Shown here one piece after another: positions 59,664-64,000 of a DNA stretch of 64,000 nucleotides. The stretch is from Candidatus Latescibacterota bacterium. GTDB lineage: Bacteria; Latescibacterota; UBA2968; UBA8231. The stretch lies in NCBI GenBank assembly GCA_965200315.1, contig OZ241362.1, positions 1,536,001 to 1,600,000 on the forward strand, in the 5' to 3' direction. The position numbers and the translations under genes were made by a program. The notes beneath the pieces were generated by a model, which saw only the letters and a program-made list of their open reading frames with translations, ran no database searches and had not been told where the DNA came from. The first letter of the stretch is position 1; every line of letters begins with the position of its first letter.

Positions 59664-62383
59664 TGACTCACCGCCATTCTGACCACGGCTTCTCCGCGCC
59701 GGCCGTCGTCACCGTGCGCGATCAATCGGCATAGATACAAGCCGCTCGCATAGCCTTGCACCGACCACGTGATTTCGCGCTCACCGGCTTCCAAGCCGTC
59801 GCTGCGGAGCTTGCCAACGTGCCCGCCCAACGCATCGAATACCTCCAATTCGATGCGGCCGGCCGCGCTCAGCGCAAAGCGCAAATGTGCTTCTTCATTC
59901 GGGCCGACTGGATTGGGATAGCAATAGACCCGGCCTAGCAAGGGCCCATCGGGCCTTACAACGGACCGACCAGCCACCAGCGCGGTCCGCGACCCCGCCG
60001 CATCGGCACCGGCCTGCGGCCAATGGGCCGGTCCTCCGGTGTACTGCGCCGCTACCCGCTGTAAATCCCACGCATACACAGCCGTGCTATCCAAGGCCGC
60101 TAGCACCACGCGGCCATCGCCATCTAAGTCCACCACCACCGGCGACCCCGTCGGTGGAGCGGCCATCAGCAGAGGAAAACCCGGCAAGAGTAGCCCATCG
60201 TCATCTACGCCAAAAATTCCGCTGTGGCCGGCAACAAATATCTCCTGCTTACCGTCGGCATCCACGTCGCAAAGCACCGGCTCAAAGACGAGATCGCCGA
60301 CCTCGGCAAAACGCGGCAAGGCCGTGGGAAAGCCGGCTTGGCGCAATCCGTCGGTGCGCAGGGCGTGTATCGGTCCACCGCACGCAAGCAAAACCACCTC
60401 TAACAGGCCATCGCCGTCCAAATCGCCCAAGACCGGCGGCGTGAAGAGCGAATCGCCCAATTCGACGACCTGTGATCCGATCGCAACCTGTCCCCCAGCC
60501 GTGGCGAAGACCCGCTCGACTTGGCCGTCGCCGTCCAAATCGCCTACAGCCGAGGGCACCATCGGCGGACTTTGTTCTTTTAACTCGCCACTTATGGCAT
60601 CTATCGAGTAGGTCTGTTCCGCTCCGACGAGCAGCGAGCCCGCGCTGAAACGCACGTCCAACGGCACCTCGTCTAGCGCGAATTGCCATAGTGGTTGATC
60701 GCCCCCAACGTCCCACGCGCTAATCTCTGAGTCGCGCCGCAAAAAAACCTCGGGCCGGCCATCGCTGTCGCCGTTCCCAACCGCCAGCAACCGCGTCTCT
60801 GGTACTCGCCACGCCGCCACGCCATCTTCGGTCGCATAGCCGACTCCACCCCCGGCCTCAAAGAGCAACTCTGCTATTCCGTCGCCGTCCAGATCCGCGG
60901 CTTGCAGCTGACCATCGCCCGGTAAATCCCGCGGCCAGTCCGGGCGCACACGCCCAAAGCGTATGGCCACCTGCATGGTATCGCCGGGCGCGGAAAGCAC
61001 TTCGATCTCAATGCCGGTCTCCCACTCCCGATTGCTGCGCGAATCGGGTCGCGTCGCCGGGCCGAACAGCGTTTGTCCGCCGATAAAGAAGGGGTCGTTG
61101 TGCCATCCATCGACTTGCAACTCCCACGCACGGAGCGGATTGCCAATGTCGCGGTCCCCGTCGGCTTCCTCCAAGGCAATCCCCTTCCAATGGAGTTGAT
61201 TGTTCGCGGCATTGGGGTCCGCAGCACGTGCCATCACGCCCTCATCTACGTGCCATATCAGCACTCCCGACCCCGGGACAAAGGCGTCGTATTCGTCCAT
61301 CGCCATCCACACGCTCTCTTCTATGGAGACCTGATCGGGGTCGATCCACACCTTATCTTTATCTTTGTCTTCACCCTCCACAACGCCGCGCTGTCCGCGC
61401 TGTTGCCTATTCTCCAGCAAGAAGTATTCGCGTGCGTCAATGGGTATGCGCACGGCCTTGGGGAGCACCCCGCTGCGGTCGGTCGCCAGCAGCGATAGCA
61501 CGGTGTCGCGCCGCACCACCACCGGCTCGATCCATCCCAACTGCATCTTGCTCCAAGCCATGGGATGCGGCGGCGCAAAGCCAATCACCCATGCGAGACT
61601 GTCGGTCCGCACGTAGCCCGAAGCATTGGCCCCCACATCCATCAAGCTCCAGCCTCCTAGGGCCGGCAGCCCAGCGGCGAAATTGGACAACCCGGGCAGG
61701 CCCAACTGGTGGCCAAAAAACTTGGCCAGCAAGCCATTGAGCCCGGCCCGACCGTTGAGGCTGGGCGATTCTGGCAGGATCCACGCCTCCTCGACCTCCA
61801 CGCCCCCCACGGTCAGCGGGCCACCGTTAAAACGCACAAAATCGCTCTCGGCTAGGAAGACCGAGCGAATGTCGTTCAGTTGGCCAGTCTCGTAGCCGAC
61901 CCCGGCGTGGAACACGAGGAAGCTGTTGAATTCGTCCAAGCGCGGGCCGTCGGGATCGGCCCGCGCAGCGTGTAAGGCATCGCGCAACAACTCGATCCAC
62001 TTCGCGCCGATCTCCTCGGTCGTGCGTCCGTTGCCGTAGTGGAGCATGGATTGGGGAAGTGTGTACGCCTGCTGTGCGACGCGGGGAAACACCTCGGAGG
62101 AAATCGCCACCCGACCTGCGGAGACGACCTCGTAGTAGCGCGCCAACGCGGTCAAATGCCGCTCGAAATAAGCGCGGTCGTGCGGCGGCAGGTCGTAGGG
62201 CAGCGCGTAATCCTCAGCCGATTCCTCGGCTGAGCGCAGATCAAACGCGCCGATACCAGTGGTCGTCAATTCGTCGGGATTTTCGTGCGGAAAATCCACG
62301 CGCAAGGCCAAAATTCGCCACTCGGCGTCAGCGTCGGTGGTCGCTGACAACAGCAGTGAGAAGCAAAAGCCTAACAGGAGCAA
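59660..62383 (-). CDS. M6 (immune inhibitor A)-like protein with degenerate active site, FG-GAP repeats and T9SS-type C-terminal domain
   Basis: VFHAG, FGHQLGLP, WSLMD, W.KMQLGW, EYFLLENRQ, GVLIWHVDE, DLDGDG repeats and YPNP...SGLY. TTG start is uncertain. Confidence 0.75.
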   Translation of the reverse strand: MLLLGFCFSLLLSATTDADAEWRILALRVDFPHENPDELTTTGIGAFDLRSAEESAEDYALPYDLPPHDRAYFERHLTALARYYEVVSAGRVAISSEVFPRVAQQAYTLPQSMLHYGNGRTTEEIGAKWIELLRDALHAARADPDGPRLDEFNSFLVFHAGVGYETGQLNDIRSVFLAESDFVRFNGGPLTVGGVEVEEAWILPESPSLNGRAGLNGLLAKFFGHQLGLPGLSNFAAGLPALGGWSLMDVGANASGYVRTDSLAWVIGFAPPHPMAWSKMQLGWIEPVVVRRDTVLSLLATDRSGVLPKAVRIPIDAREYFLLENRQQRGQRGVVEGEDKDKDKVWIDPDQVSIEESVWMAMDEYDAFVPGSGVLIWHVDEGVMARAADPNAANNQLHWKGIALEEADGDRDIGNPLRAWELQVDGWHNDPFFIGGQTLFGPATRPDSRSNREWETGIEIEVLSAPGDTMQVAIRFGRVRPDWPRDLPGDGQLQAADLDGDGIAELLFEAGGGVGYATEDGVAAWRVPETRLLAVGNGDSDGRPEVFLRRDSEISAWDVGGDQPLWQFALDEVPLDVRFSAGSLLVGAEQTYSIDAISGELKEQSPPMVPSAVGDLDGDGQVERVFATAGGQVAIGSQVVELGDSLFTPPVLGDLDGDGLLEVVLLACGGPIHALRTDGLRQAGFPTALPRFAEVGDLVFEPVLCDVDADGKQEIFVAGHSGIFGVDDDGLLLPGFPLLMAAPPTGSPVVVDLDGDGRVVLAALDSTAVYAWDLQRVAAQYTGGPAHWPQAGADAAGSRTALVAGRSVVRPDGPLLGRVYCYPNPVGPNEEAHLRFALSAAGRIELEVFDALGGHVGKLRSDGLEAGEREITWSVQGYASGLYLCRLIAHGDDGRRGEAVVRMAVSQ

Positions 62384-62420
62384 GGGAGCTAAATCGCAGT
62401 GTCGCCGCTCGACGCGGCAA

Positions 62421-62443
62421 CGGCTCGACTGAGCTCGCCGAAG
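62421..62443. repeat. Small REP-like stem-loop (minus strand CTTCGGCGAGCTCAGTCGAGCCG)
   Basis: TCGGC/GTCGA stem around a GAGCTCA loop, between porV and the M6-like gene. Single copy in this window. Confidence 0.35.
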
Positions 62444-62471
62444 ACAAAACCAGCGTCCGATGGGAACACCC

Positions 62472-63524
62472 TCAGAAAATGATGTTCATGGAAATGGGCG
62501 TATTGTCTCCCACCACCGTCTCTTCACTGCCGATTATATACGCCACGTCAAACTGGAAGCGGTTGTACTTTAGCCCAACGCCAAAGGTCTTGGTATTTAC
62601 CTCGCCGTCGTAATCGTACGAAAGACCGGCTCGCAACGCGATAAACGCCTCGCCTTCGCGTGCGGAAAGGCCATATTGGTATTCACCGCCCACGTGCAGA
62701 TCCATCTCCTTGAACTCGTTGTTCAGGCCCTCGTCGGCCCACGCCTTGGCCAAGTTGCTGACAAAAGACCCATCGGCAATCAGAGGCTTGTACAGGTCAA
62801 AGGAGAACATCAGGTCGTTGTATTGGGTATCCATCACGTCGTAGGCCACTCCGACGATGATATGTTGGGGCAGCGGATCGGCCTGATCGGCGTCGATATA
62901 GGCGATCTTGGGGCCTAGGTTGCGCAGGGCCGCGCCAAAGCTGAGGCTGGAAACGGGTTTCCATAAAAAACCCAAATCCGCGGCAAAGCTGTTGCCCACA
63001 CCTCGGCCTCGCTCAATGCCAGCCCCCGCATCGGCCAAGTTGCTGCGGATGAACTTCAGGCCGATGCCAGCGGACGTATTGTCGCCGATCTGCGCCCCGT
63101 AGGCCGCAGACACAGCCACGTCATAGCTGCGGAAGGTGCCTTGTTGGTTGCCGCGTTCGTCTGTGCGAATCTGCTCGCCTAGATTTAGCAGCGCGACATT
63201 GAAGCCAAAGTTGCCCCACCCCTCTACGGGCTGGGAATAGGCCAGAAACTCGTAGGACAAGTCGTCGGCCAGCTTCGGCAGCCACTTGGTGTGCGAAAGG
63301 TGGAGCTTTTTCTTGCTCTGCCCGACAAGCGCAGCTGGGTTGAAGTAGCTCGCCGTAGCGTCATCGGCCACCGCCACGTACGATTCGCCCATGGCAATGG
63401 CGCGGGAGCCCGGCTCGATCAACAACAGAAGCGGAGCACTGCGGCTCTCGGGCGTGGCCCAAGCCCCATCGGGCAATGCGCCGACGCAAAGGCCAGCCAA
63501 CAGCAGGGTCGTCAGTTTCCTCAT
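62472..63524 (-). CDS. porV: Type IX secretion PorV-family outer-membrane protein
   Basis: LLIEPGSRAIAMGE..VAVADDATASYFNPA, KWLP and N.GPKI.Y...DPLP. Directly downstream of the porU-like gene. Confidence 0.8.
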   Translation of the reverse strand: MRKLTTLLLAGLCVGALPDGAWATPESRSAPLLLLIEPGSRAIAMGESYVAVADDATASYFNPAALVGQSKKKLHLSHTKWLPKLADDLSYEFLAYSQPVEGWGNFGFNVALLNLGEQIRTDERGNQQGTFRSYDVAVSAAYGAQIGDNTSAGIGLKFIRSNLADAGAGIERGRGVGNSFAADLGFLWKPVSSLSFGAALRNLGPKIAYIDADQADPLPQHIIVGVAYDVMDTQYNDLMFSFDLYKPLIADGSFVSNLAKAWADEGLNNEFKEMDLHVGGEYQYGLSAREGEAFIALRAGLSYDYDGEVNTKTFGVGLKYNRFQFDVAYIIGSEETVVGDNTPISMNIIF

Positions 63525-63622
63525 AGCGGAGTCCTCCTCAGCTCGGAATAAAATATAAAAATGATGCCTCCTAAGTACTTAAAGACGATCTCACTGCTGC
63601 AAAGGCACTCCTCTCGCCATGC

Positions 63623-64000
63623 TCACTTGGCGACCTGCAAGACGGCGCGGTGCGCGACCGCAGCACCGCTTTCCCGCTCGGCTTCTATCCGATAAATATA
63701 CGCGCCGTTGGCCAAACCCGCCGATGGCGTCCAAGGCACTTGGTTGTAGCCAGCGTGCGTCTGCCCGTCTAGCCGCTCTATCAGCCGACCAGCCAGCGAA
63801 AAGACCTCTATCTGCACCGCATGCACGGCGTCTTCTAGAGTATACGTGAAGTAGCCGCTATCGCGCATGGGATTCGGATAAAACAGGACGTCGGCAAGAC
63901 CCGCATCGCCTTCGTCGTCTCCGACTTCGACAATCACAGTCGTACGCGACGAATTGTTGAAATTGTCCCAAGCCTTCAGGCGGATTTCGCGTTGGCCGGC
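63623..64000 (-). CDS. porU: C-terminus of a PorU-like type IX secretion sortase (5' part outside the window)
   Basis: Frame open to the edge: IRLKAWDNFNNSS...YPNPM...FSLAGRLI...LANGAYIY. The KAWDxxNNSS motif plus CTD upstream of porV fits PorU. Confidence 0.75.
   Translation of the reverse strand, partial: AGQREIRLKAWDNFNNSSRTTVIVEVGDDEGDAGLADVLFYPNPMRDSGYFTYTLEDAVHAVQIEVFSLAGRLIERLDGQTHAGYNQVPWTPSAGLANGAYIYRIEAERESGAAVAHRAVLQVAK

Overview
A GC-rich (roughly 60-65% by eye) bacterial chromosomal window made mostly of housekeeping genes: galU, ilvBH, ppdK, parAB, ligA, argRBDH, tilS-ftsH-folP-cdaA, lexA, era, purD, folBK and panC. It also carries nickel-pincer genes (larA, larB), three enolase-superfamily genes and a tandem pair of M19 dipeptidases. 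PorU/PorV homologues, C-terminal sorting-domain proteins and a Fibrobacter-like LexA box suggest a non-Bacteroidota FCB-group organism such as a Latescibacterota/Gemmatimonadota-like lineage (inference only). The main points of interest are five. (1) A type IX secretion-like operon at the right end includes a catalytically dead M6-like protease and a metalloprotease-PD40-Omp85-like barrel. (2) An R-M cassette sits inside that operon, with an intact Dam-family methylase and an endonuclease apparently inactivated by internal deletion. (3) A helicase-less Type ISP/IIG-like R-M fusion lies between era and purD. (4) Four different classes of solo palindromic or tandem-repeat elements occur in intergenic regions. 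(5) CCWGG appears depleted and its deamination products CCAAG/CTTGG/CTAGG/CCTAG enriched. I saw no rRNA, tRNA, CRISPR array, transposase or integrase. All calls come from reading motifs by eye; no searches were run.
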